Below are positions 56,475 through 64,000 of a stretch of DNA of 64,000 nucleotides, in pieces. Position 1 is the stretch's first letter; each line of letters opens with the position of its first letter. Below the pieces are notes generated by a model. It saw only the letters and a program-made list of their open reading frames with translations, did not search any database and was not told where the DNA came from. The stretch comes from an uncultured Bifidobacterium sp. (GTDB lineage: Bacteria; Verrucomicrobiota; Verrucomicrobiia; Limisphaerales; JADLHS01), in the NCBI GenBank assembly GCA_964553795.1, contig CAZKMR010000001.1, positions 19,230-83,229 of the forward strand, in the 5' to 3' direction. A program made the translations under genes and the position numbers.

Positions 56475-56879
56475 ATGCCGCAAAAGCCGATTGAACTTAC
56501 CGAAGCCGAATGGACTGTCATCAAAGCCGTTTGGGAAGGCGAACCCTGCACCGCGCCCGCCATTCAGGAGAAGTTGTTTGCCGAAACGGCGTGGACTTAT
56601 TCCACGGTGCGGACGCTGATGGATCGCATGGTGACGAAAGGGTTGCTGGCGGCGGAGAAGGAAAAGAACGTGACGTTGTATCGCTCGGTGGTGACGCGCG
56701 CGCAGGCGCAGCGCGGGGAGCTGCTCTACGCGTTGAAACATGCGTTCAATGGCGCGCTCACGCCGATGGTGCAATGCCTGCTCGATACGAAGGAGATTAC
56801 CAGGTCTGAACTGGACCAACTCAAGCAACTCATCGCCGCGCACGAAAAGGGTCGCGGTAAAAGTGGGAGGAAATCATGA
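56475..56879 (+). CDS. BlaI/MecI/CopY-family transcriptional repressor
   Basis: Winged-helix pattern LTEAEWTVIKAVWE...WTYSTVRTLMDRMVTKGLL..EKEKNVTLYRSVV. An ATGA overlap joins it to the sensor gene. Confidence 0.85.
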   Translation: MPQKPIELTEAEWTVIKAVWEGEPCTAPAIQEKLFAETAWTYSTVRTLMDRMVTKGLLAAEKEKNVTLYRSVVTRAQAQRGELLYALKHAFNGALTPMVQCLLDTKEITRSELDQLKQLIAAHEKGRGKSGRKS

Positions 56880-59575
56880 ATGGCCTGTTGCGCTGGCTGG
56901 CGTCACCCGAATGGGCGCAACTCATCAGCGCATTTTTGCATTCGCTTTGGCTGGGAGCAGTCGTGGCGGTTGGTTTGGCGGTTGTGCTGCGGCGCGCCGT
57001 TAATCCCGTAATCCGCTATCTTTGCAGTCTGGCGGCTTTGGGACTGTTGCTGGGGTCTGGAGTGTTGGCGTGGGCGATTTTGAGCGCGCCGACTGTTCCA
57101 GTGGCAAATTCACCGCTGGTTGAGATAGTCGAGTCCGATCTTCCGAGTTCGGCCAGTGCGCCGACATCGTTTGATGTCGCCGATGAAGTGGTCGTAGTGG
57201 GACGGATGACTGTCCCCGAAGCGCCAACGCAATGGACAGCGTGGCTGGCGGGAATTTGGTTGCTGGGAGCTGCGGTGATGTTGCTGCGGGCGGGAATCAA
57301 GGTCGCGGGCGCTGAGCAACTGCGACGTTCCTGTCAGCCGCTGGCAGACGAACAAATGGCCGCATTGGTGGCCGAGGCGTGTCGCGCGGTAGGCCTGGCG
57401 CGACGCATCCGTGTGGCAGTCACGGAACGGCTGACTTCTCCGGCAGTAGTGGGGATAATTGTGCCGACCTTAATCCTGCCGCTATCGGTCTTCACGACAT
57501 TGACGCCGACCCAGATTCAGTTTGTCTTGCTGCACGAACTCGCGCACATCCGGCGCGGTGATTATCTCGCCAATTTATTCCAACTCTTTGCGGAAGCGTT
57601 GTTGTTCTTCAATCCTGCGGTGTGGTGGATCAGTCATCAAATCCGGCGCGAGCGCGAAGCGTGTTGCGATGCCCTGGCGATCCAATTGAGCGGCGCGCCG
57701 ACGGATTATGCAAAAACGTTAGTACAGGTGGCGGAAAACATTTTGCAATCTGCCCCCGCCGCAGCGCCTGCTTTTGGCGGCTACGGACAAGAAAACTCAT
57801 CGCTGGCGGATCGGGTGCAGCGATTGCTCGTTCCCGGCTATCGACCGACTCTGCACCTTACTTGGCGCGCAATGCTCGGCTCATTATTCGTGGGTGCCGT
57901 GATACTGGTTGCTTCCGCATACGGCACTCGAAACACGGTGGGGGCAATGATCTCATCTGCTCAACCGACAACAAATTATCCGCCGGTGTCAGACGTTTCA
58001 CTGATCACTGCTGCTGAAGGGAAACCTCGAACTCCTTCAAACGTGAACACAACCATACCCGTTCTGCGTGATTTACCACTCCTCAGCGGCCTGTTTACCA
58101 GCGAATCGCAAGTTCAACGCGAGGACGGTAAAGATGCATTCGGCATGAATGATTTGATGGTTGATAGCCAACAACGAAGCCACCAGCAATTTTGGTATCG
58201 GTCTGGCGATACCAATGTGCCGAAGCAATCCACCAACAGCGCCCCCACCGAGCCTTTGGCTACGCGCATGTTCAAAGTTGATATGGGGCAGATTTACTCC
58301 GCCTTAGGGTTGGCTTTGGATGGAACAAACAGCTTGAGTGCAACTAACTTGCATAATGCGGTTCGCGACTACTTCAGCAAGGCTGGAGTCAATCTAGATC
58401 CCCTGTTGGGCAAGAGCACCTACTTCAATTTGAGTCGGGGTGAATTGTGGGTTCGAGCTACACGCGAAGAACTGGACCTGGTTGAAGATATATTGCATTC
58501 GATGGCAGTTGCGACCGTGCGCGAATCCGAGATTTCAAATTCCGATACGCTCAAATCCCGAACTGAACATTCTGGTGGTCGCGCCATCGAATCGCTCCAA
58601 AACCAAGTCCCAACGAAAGCGTTAGTAACGCGAACTTTCAAAGCCAGTCCAGAGGCTTTAGCCGAAACTCTTGCGATAAGCGGATTTGAAACTGCGGATA
58701 ACGGGAAAACTAATCTTGCAGAAAGCTTGCGCGCTTTTCTGAAATCGATGGGCGTAGATCTTTCACTGCCCAAGTCTATGTACTATAACGAACGAGCGGG
58801 AGGACTTTTTGTTCGGGCGACGGCGGAAGATCTGGGCGTGATTGAGCAATTGCTTGAAGTCGTGAATCAACAATCGCAGCAAGTGAACATCAAGGCAATG
58901 TTTGTGGAAGTACCCGCGGATAAGTATGACGCGACAGAAATAGACCGCTTGCTGTTTTCCAATTTGAATAAAGCTGCAGGTGACAATGAACGTCAGTCGT
59001 TTGGCATTTTGACGGAGAGCGAATTTGCAAAGGTGCTCAAGAATCTCAGAGAGAGATTTCACGCTGAAATCGTGGCTGCTCCTCAGGTCACGACGTTGAG
59101 CGGCAGGCAGGCGCAAATCCAGATGGCAGACATCAAAACCATATTCACCGGCATGACGGCGGTAGTGACAAATGGGGTGACCAACTACGTCTATGAAACC
59201 GAAACCAGGCCTTTTGGACCAGTATTGGATTTGTTGCCGACGGTTTCTGGCGATGGAACTGCCGTTCAAATGACTGTAATTCCAAGCCTGACAGAGTTTG
59301 GGGGGTACACAAAATCAGGAGATAACCCATACTACGACTCCAATTATTATGACGCACTGCCAGTTCCCGGTGCCAATTCAGCAACGCTTCCGTTGCCGGT
59401 TTTTCGTGTTCGCAAGATGACGACGGTAACAACGGTTAAAGATGGTCAGACGTTGGTATTCGGAGGTTATGAAGCTAAGCCCCCTCTTCTTGGTTTATTC
59501 AAACGTGTGCGTTTCACCTTTGTAACGCCAACAATCCTTGATCCCGCAGGCAATCGTTTGAATCCCCCAAAATAA
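56876..59575 (+). CDS. BlaR1-type M56 sensor metalloprotease fused to two secretin-N-like repeats and a secretin core domain
   Basis: The N-terminus has TM helices and an HELAHIRRGDY (HExxH) M56 domain, followed by a further TM helix. Residues from about 462 form two repeats of about 85 aa (TRMFKV...WVRATREELDLVEDIL / TRTFKA...FVRATAEDLGVIEQLL). Residues 670-899 are secretin-like (VNIKAMFVEV..., APQVTTLSGRQAQIQ, VTTVKDGQTLVFGG, PLLGLF). Confidence 0.8.
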   Translation: MNGLLRWLASPEWAQLISAFLHSLWLGAVVAVGLAVVLRRAVNPVIRYLCSLAALGLLLGSGVLAWAILSAPTVPVANSPLVEIVESDLPSSASAPTSFDVADEVVVVGRMTVPEAPTQWTAWLAGIWLLGAAVMLLRAGIKVAGAEQLRRSCQPLADEQMAALVAEACRAVGLARRIRVAVTERLTSPAVVGIIVPTLILPLSVFTTLTPTQIQFVLLHELAHIRRGDYLANLFQLFAEALLFFNPAVWWISHQIRREREACCDALAIQLSGAPTDYAKTLVQVAENILQSAPAAAPAFGGYGQENSSLADRVQRLLVPGYRPTLHLTWRAMLGSLFVGAVILVASAYGTRNTVGAMISSAQPTTNYPPVSDVSLITAAEGKPRTPSNVNTTIPVLRDLPLLSGLFTSESQVQREDGKDAFGMNDLMVDSQQRSHQQFWYRSGDTNVPKQSTNSAPTEPLATRMFKVDMGQIYSALGLALDGTNSLSATNLHNAVRDYFSKAGVNLDPLLGKSTYFNLSRGELWVRATREELDLVEDILHSMAVATVRESEISNSDTLKSRTEHSGGRAIESLQNQVPTKALVTRTFKASPEALAETLAISGFETADNGKTNLAESLRAFLKSMGVDLSLPKSMYYNERAGGLFVRATAEDLGVIEQLLEVVNQQSQQVNIKAMFVEVPADKYDATEIDRLLFSNLNKAAGDNERQSFGILTESEFAKVLKNLRERFHAEIVAAPQVTTLSGRQAQIQMADIKTIFTGMTAVVTNGVTNYVYETETRPFGPVLDLLPTVSGDGTAVQMTVIPSLTEFGGYTKSGDNPYYDSNYYDALPVPGANSATLPLPVFRVRKMTTVTTVKDGQTLVFGGYEAKPPLLGLFKRVRFTFVTPTILDPAGNRLNPPK

Positions 59576-59737
59576 ACGCGCTTCGATCCATTCCTCTGCC
59601 AATCATTAACTTGCCGTCTCCGTGACATCCTTCTGAAAGGCTGGGGAATGTTCGGCAAAGGAATTTGATTCCGGCGCAGAAGCAATCATACCGCTGCGCC
59701 TCTTTGCGTCCTTCGCGCCTCCGCGTTTGTCCACGCG

Positions 59738-61288
59738 TCAACCCACGCCCATGCCGATGAGGAATTCGATGTTGCTCTTTGTCTTCTTCAGTTTGCCCAG
59801 CAGCAGTTCCATGGATTCCACGGGCGGCACGCCGGTGAGGGCGCGACGCAACAGCATGACCCGGGTGTATTCATCCGGGTGATAGAGCAATTCTTCTTTG
59901 CGCGTGCCGGAGCGTTCGATGTTGATCGAAGGGAAAATGCGGCGATCCACGAGCGAGCGGTCCAGGTGGACTTCCATGTTGCCCGTGCCTTTGAACTCTT
60001 CAAAGATGACTTCATCCATGCGGCTCCCGGTATCCACGAGCGCGGTCGCCATGATGGTGAGCGAGCCGCCTTCCTCAATGTTACGCGCCGCGCCGAAGAA
60101 GCGTTTCGGTTTGTGCAACGCATTCGCGTCCACACCACCGGAGAGAATCTTGCCGGAGTGTGGTTGCACGGTGTTGTAAGCGCGGGCCAGACGTGTGATG
60201 GAGTCGAGCAGGATGACGACGTCGCGCTTGTGTTCGACCATGCGCTTGGCTTTTTCGATGACCATTTCGGCCACCTGCACGTGACGTTCCGGCGGTTCGT
60301 CGAACGTGGACGAAATCACTTCCGCGCCCACGCAAGTGCGTTCCATGTCGGTGACTTCTTCGGGACGTTCGTCAATCAACAGGATGAACAAATACGTCTC
60401 CGGGTTGTTCTTGAGAATCGCGTTGGCGATTTTCTGCATCAACACCGTTTTGCCCGTGCGCGGCGGGGCGACGATCAAACCGCGGGTGCCTTTGCCGATG
60501 GGGCACACGAGGTCGAGCACGCGCATGTTCACTTCTTCAGGCGTCGTTTCGAGCAGCAAGCGCCGATTCGGGAAGAGCGGCGTGAGGTTTTCGAAATGCG
60601 TCTTGTCCTTTGCCTTGTCCGGTTCTTCGGCATCGACAGCTTCAACTTTAAGCAGCGCAAAGAATTTTTCTTTATCCTTCGGCGGACGGATCTGGCCGGC
60701 GATCAAATTGCCGGTCTGCAAATCGAAGCGCCGAATCTGCGACGGCGACACGTAAATGTCTTCCGGGCACGAGAGGTAATTGAAACTTTGCGAGCGGAGG
60801 AAGCCGTAGCCGTCGGGCAAAACTTCGAGCACGCCTTCGGAGAACAACACGCCGGCGCGTTCGGCGTTTTTCTGGAGGATGTGGAAAATGACCTCGTGCT
60901 TGCGCATCGTGCCGTAGTTTTCCACGCCCAAATCCTTGGCCATGTTGTTCAGGTCGTTCATCTGCATGCCCTGAAGTTTGGCGATGTTGAGCGAATGAAC
61001 GATCTTGTCGCGCTCACCGCGGCGGCCGTAATTCTGCTGTTGCGGCGATTCGGCGGGTTGCTCGGGAACGGAAGCTTCAATCGGGCGCGTGGGCGGTTGC
61101 AGCGGCGCATCCTCGTCCACCGGTGGGGGTGGCGGCGGGGGAGACGCTTTGGGCGCCGGCGCGGGCGAAGGGTCAACGGCTTCGGGGGCGAGTTCCGGCG
61201 GCGCGGGGGGAGGGGATAAATCGAGATCTTCGCTGGGCTTGGCTTTCGGTGCTTTTGCTTTGGCCTTCTTGGTAACGGCTTTTGCCAT
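59738..61288 (-). CDS. rho: Transcription termination factor Rho with a Lys/Pro/Ala-rich N-terminal extension of about 95 aa
   Basis: [15 protein letters not shown], Walker [35 protein letters not shown] and a C-terminal [11 protein letters not shown]. Confidence 0.95.
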   Translation of the reverse strand: MAKAVTKKAKAKAPKAKPSEDLDLSPPPAPPELAPEAVDPSPAPAPKASPPPPPPPVDEDAPLQPPTRPIEASVPEQPAESPQQQNYGRRGERDKIVHSLNIAKLQGMQMNDLNNMAKDLGVENYGTMRKHEVIFHILQKNAERAGVLFSEGVLEVLPDGYGFLRSQSFNYLSCPEDIYVSPSQIRRFDLQTGNLIAGQIRPPKDKEKFFALLKVEAVDAEEPDKAKDKTHFENLTPLFPNRRLLLETTPEEVNMRVLDLVCPIGKGTRGLIVAPPRTGKTVLMQKIANAILKNNPETYLFILLIDERPEEVTDMERTCVGAEVISSTFDEPPERHVQVAEMVIEKAKRMVEHKRDVVILLDSITRLARAYNTVQPHSGKILSGGVDANALHKPKRFFGAARNIEEGGSLTIMATALVDTGSRMDEVIFEEFKGTGNMEVHLDRSLVDRRIFPSINIERSGTRKEELLYHPDEYTRVMLLRRALTGVPPVESMELLLGKLKKTKSNIEFLIGMGVG

Positions 61289-61439
61289 AAAATAGTCCTC
61301 GGTACTTAAATTTTACGTGAGCGGCAGGAGCAACCCAATTGCAACTTCCCGTCCAATCCCTGCTTGGACGAGCGAGCCCCGGATAAGTTCAAAATGGAAT
61401 GGCTACCGTTCGGAGAGCGCGAGCTTCAACTTGTTGGTA

Positions 61440-63614
61440 TCAATACGGCAAGGGGAATCTCGCAGTCAGTTCGCGGACACGTTGACGCACCTTGGCGATA
61501 GCGTCAAGGTTTTTGATGTCCATCAACACTTCGCTGATCATGTCAGCGATGGCCGCCATTTCGGTCTCGTTCATGCCGCGCGTGGTGCAGGCTGGAGTGC
61601 CGAGCCGGATGCCGCTGGCCTGGAACGGAGAGCGGGTCTCAAACGGAATCGTGTTCTTGTTCGTGGTGATGCCGGCCTCGTCGAGCGCGAGCTGACATTC
61701 TTTGCCGGTCAGTCCTTTCGCGCCCACGTCCACGAGCATGAGATGGTTGTCCGTGCCACCGCTGATGAGGCGGAAGCCGTTGCGTTTCATGCCATCCGCC
61801 AAGGCGGCGGCATTGGTCACAATTTGTTGCTGATACGTTTTGAAATCCGGTTGCGCGGCTTCGTGAAAGCAAACGGCTTTGGCGGCGATGACGTGCATGA
61901 GCGGCCCGCCTTGAATGCCGGGGAACACCTGCGAATCAATTTCCTTCGCGTACTTTTCTTTGCACAAAATCAAACCACCGCGCGGGCCACGCAGGGTTTT
62001 ATGCGTGGTGGTAGTAACAAAGTCAGCATGCGCCATCGGACTGGGATGCACGCCGGCGGCAACGAGACCGGCGATGTGCGCGATGTCGGCGAGCAGATAC
62101 GCGCCGACTTCCCGGGCGATTTCGCCCATGCGCTTGAAATCAATGATGCGCGGATAGGCGCTGGCGCCGACCGTGATCATCTTCGGCTTGTGTTCGCGCG
62201 CCATCCGGGCGAGTTGATCGTAATCAATGCGCTCGTCCTCTTTGCACACGCCGTAGTGGACGATTTCGAAAAACTTTCCGGAAAAATTGGCTTTGTTGCC
62301 ATGAGTCAAATGGCCGCCGTGGCTCAGGTCCATGGTGAGCATGCGGTCGCCGGGTTTGAGGAACGCGAAATAAACGGCCATGTTCGCGCCGCTGCCGGAG
62401 TGCGGCTGCACGTTGGCGTGTTCGGCGCCGAAGAGTTGTTTGGCGCGATCTATCGCCAGTTGCTCGACGGTGTCCACGTTTTCGCAGCCGCCGTACCAGC
62501 GTTTCTTGGGATAGCCTTCGGCGTATTTGTTGGTGAGCACGGAACCTTGCGCTTCCATGACCGCCGGGCTGGTAAAGTTTTCGCTGGCGATGAGTTCGAT
62601 GTTTTCCTGCTGGCGCAGGCGTTCGCTTTCAATGGCGTTGGCGATTTCAGTGTCAACGCGGTTCAATCGGAGTTCAGGTGACATGGCTTTTTCTTCCATC
62701 TTGTGGACGCGCCGTTCGTGGCGGCCGCCCTCAAATTCAGTGTTCAAAAAGTTATCGAGAATCTGTTTGGCCAGATCGGCCGGGGTAAATTTCCCGGAGA
62801 GACACAGCACATTCGCATCATTGTGCTTGCGCGTCAGCAGGGCGGAGTCGGCGTCCGAAACCATCGCGGCGCGAATGCCTGGAACTTTATTCGCCGTGAT
62901 GCTCATGCCGATGCCAGTGGTGCAAACCAGCAACCCGACTTCGGCCTTATGTTCGGCCACGCTGTTGGCCACCAGCAACGCGTAATCCGGATAATCCACT
63001 GAGTCTTTGCCGTGCGTGCCGAAATCGTGAAAGGAAACGTTCCGTTCCCGCAGATACTTTTTCAGTTCTTCCTTGAGATCGAATCCGCCGTGGTCCGCAC
63101 CAATCGCGACGCGCGCCGTTTGCCCGGCGGCCACGGCCTTGATGGTCTGGGTGGTTTCGCCTTGATTGATGAAGCGCAACAACGAAGCAATGCCTTGTTC
63201 GATTTGATCGCGGCAATGCAAATAAACTTCGTACGAACCGCCGATCGGATCGCTGATGTCCTTCTCGAACGGATCGAGCGTGTCGTCGAACTCGCGCAAC
63301 AGGAATGTTTTTTCCGCCGCCTGCGGGTAGAGCAGGGCAATGGTGTCCACGTGGCTGTGCGTCATGCCGAGGATGTAATCGGCTTGCTTGACCATTTCGG
63401 CGGTGAGCATGCGACTGCGTTGCCGCGTAATATCTACGCCGATCTCGCGCATCGCCTGAACGGAATACGTGCTCGGGGCCTGCCCATCCACCGCGCCCAA
63501 TCCTGCGGACACCGCGCGATAGTCGCTGCGGCCCTGCGTGGCGTGGCGAAAGAGCGCCTCGGCCATGGGACTGCGGCAGATGTTACCCGTGCAAACGAAC
63601 AAGAAAGTTTTCAT
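61440..63614 (-). CDS. glyA: Tri-domain fusion: low-molecular-weight phosphatase + ribose-5-phosphate isomerase B + serine hydroxymethyltransferase
   Basis: Residues 1-150 carry CTGNICRS (CX5R-S) and DISDP. Residues about 167-306 carry [28 protein letters not shown] and GGRHERRV. Residues about 311-724 carry [26 protein letters not shown] and the PLP-lysine motif [13 protein letters not shown]. No stop codon separates the domains. Confidence 0.85.
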   Translation of the reverse strand: MKTFLFVCTGNICRSPMAEALFRHATQGRSDYRAVSAGLGAVDGQAPSTYSVQAMREIGVDITRQRSRMLTAEMVKQADYILGMTHSHVDTIALLYPQAAEKTFLLREFDDTLDPFEKDISDPIGGSYEVYLHCRDQIEQGIASLLRFINQGETTQTIKAVAAGQTARVAIGADHGGFDLKEELKKYLRERNVSFHDFGTHGKDSVDYPDYALLVANSVAEHKAEVGLLVCTTGIGMSITANKVPGIRAAMVSDADSALLTRKHNDANVLCLSGKFTPADLAKQILDNFLNTEFEGGRHERRVHKMEEKAMSPELRLNRVDTEIANAIESERLRQQENIELIASENFTSPAVMEAQGSVLTNKYAEGYPKKRWYGGCENVDTVEQLAIDRAKQLFGAEHANVQPHSGSGANMAVYFAFLKPGDRMLTMDLSHGGHLTHGNKANFSGKFFEIVHYGVCKEDERIDYDQLARMAREHKPKMITVGASAYPRIIDFKRMGEIAREVGAYLLADIAHIAGLVAAGVHPSPMAHADFVTTTTHKTLRGPRGGLILCKEKYAKEIDSQVFPGIQGGPLMHVIAAKAVCFHEAAQPDFKTYQQQIVTNAAALADGMKRNGFRLISGGTDNHLMLVDVGAKGLTGKECQLALDEAGITTNKNTIPFETRSPFQASGIRLGTPACTTRGMNETEMAAIADMISEVLMDIKNLDAIAKVRQRVRELTARFPLPY

Positions 63615-63773
63615 TCGAGCGACGGAGAGTTTGGTTGTGTCAGCCGAATCGTCAACGGTAAATAACGGTGTCGCTGCGGCAGAGCGGGCAAAGCCGCGTT
63701 TTTGCCGCGGATAAAATCATTGCGAAAGTCCCACCCGGTCGCACGTGGCAGGGGTGGTAGTTCGGCAAAACCA

Positions 63774-64000
63774 TCAATTGGCCGGAGCCGCGTTCGTATT
63801 TTTCCTGGCGGGTTTTTTGATGGGCCACTGAGGGGATTCGGCGCGGGCGGTTTTCAAATAGGTTTCGAACTTTGTCACAATCGCCGGGTTTTGCCTCGCC
63901 ACGTTCTCCTTTTCGCCGGGATCAGCTTTAAGATTGTAAATCTCGAGCGGCTCGTCGGCCTGGGGACGAACGGCTTTCCAATCGCCGGACCGCGCGGCTT
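63774..64000 (-). CDS. C-terminal end of a sulfatase-family protein, 5' part outside the window
   Basis: My own minus-strand translation gives ...DWKAVRPQADEPLEIYNLKADPGEKENVARQNPAIVTKFETYLKTARAESPQWP...*. The LYDL..DPGE.NNLA-type tail is typical of arylsulfatases. It is absent from the ORF track because no start codon lies in the window. Confidence 0.55.
   Translation of the reverse strand, partial: AARSGDWKAVRPQADEPLEIYNLKADPGEKENVARQNPAIVTKFETYLKTARAESPQWPIKKPARKNTNAAPAN

Noticed and set aside
59879-61219. Long ORFs antisense to real genes. Examples: 59879-61219 opposite rho, 61317-62681 opposite glyA, 23256-24290 opposite the lactonase, 12850-13965 opposite ccsA, 32858-33838 opposite the helicase, 515-1522, 7656-8516 and 20692-21519.
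   Set aside because: These are Arg/His/Ala-rich shadow ORFs of the kind expected in high-GC DNA. Each lies opposite a gene with clear conserved motifs, and none has a recognisable domain.
1-64000. Defence islands, CRISPR arrays, integrases or transposases, prophage genes and toxin-antitoxin pairs.
   Set aside because: None was recognisable in any frame. The only mobile-like signals are the short non-autonomous repeats reported above.

Overview
This is a high-GC chromosomal window with about 50 densely packed protein genes. I found no rRNA, tRNA, CRISPR array, transposase or prophage. The gene content points to a PVC-superphylum bacterium, most likely Verrucomicrobiota-like; this is inference from domain repertoire, since no search was possible. 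Supporting content: a PVC-type heme-binding dehydrogenase-like protein, a Planctomycete-type cytochrome c membrane protein, a sulfatase fragment, several ECF sigma factors, and a BlaI/BlaR1 pair.

Most of the window is housekeeping:
- cspA, hemW, rsmI
- System II cytochrome c biogenesis (resB/ccsA)
- an ABC-2 exporter and a uronate/pectin-type sugar cluster
- a Ski2-like helicase and pfk
- cdsA-dxr-rseP-ispG and tyrA-aroA-cmk-plsC
- purK-purE, rho and glyA

Things worth a second look:
1. Several families of short nested-hairpin repeats occur both between genes and in frame inside conserved genes (ispG, aroA, the helicase, a GH88-like hydrolase, an SDR). One family has the REP/REPIN architecture: a 5' GTAG plus a palindrome, arranged as inverted doublets. 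Stems co-vary between copies while the flanking sequence is conserved.
2. purK-purE-sbtA-sbtB-beta-carbonic anhydrase form a tightly spaced co-directional run. This couples a bicarbonate uptake and hydration module to the bicarbonate-consuming step of purine synthesis.
3. A BlaI-family repressor sits behind two TACA-N-TGTA operator-like dyads. It is followed by a BlaR1/M56 sensor protease whose C-terminal about 440 aa is a complete secretin-like module.
4. One 724-aa ORF fuses a low-molecular-weight phosphatase, RpiB and serine hydroxymethyltransferase.
5. Two paralogous ECF sigma factors each carry their own transmembrane helix and coiled coil.
6. A His-rich protein with a duplicated domain leads the cytochrome c maturation genes.

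All functional calls come from motifs read in the supplied translations. No database search was run.
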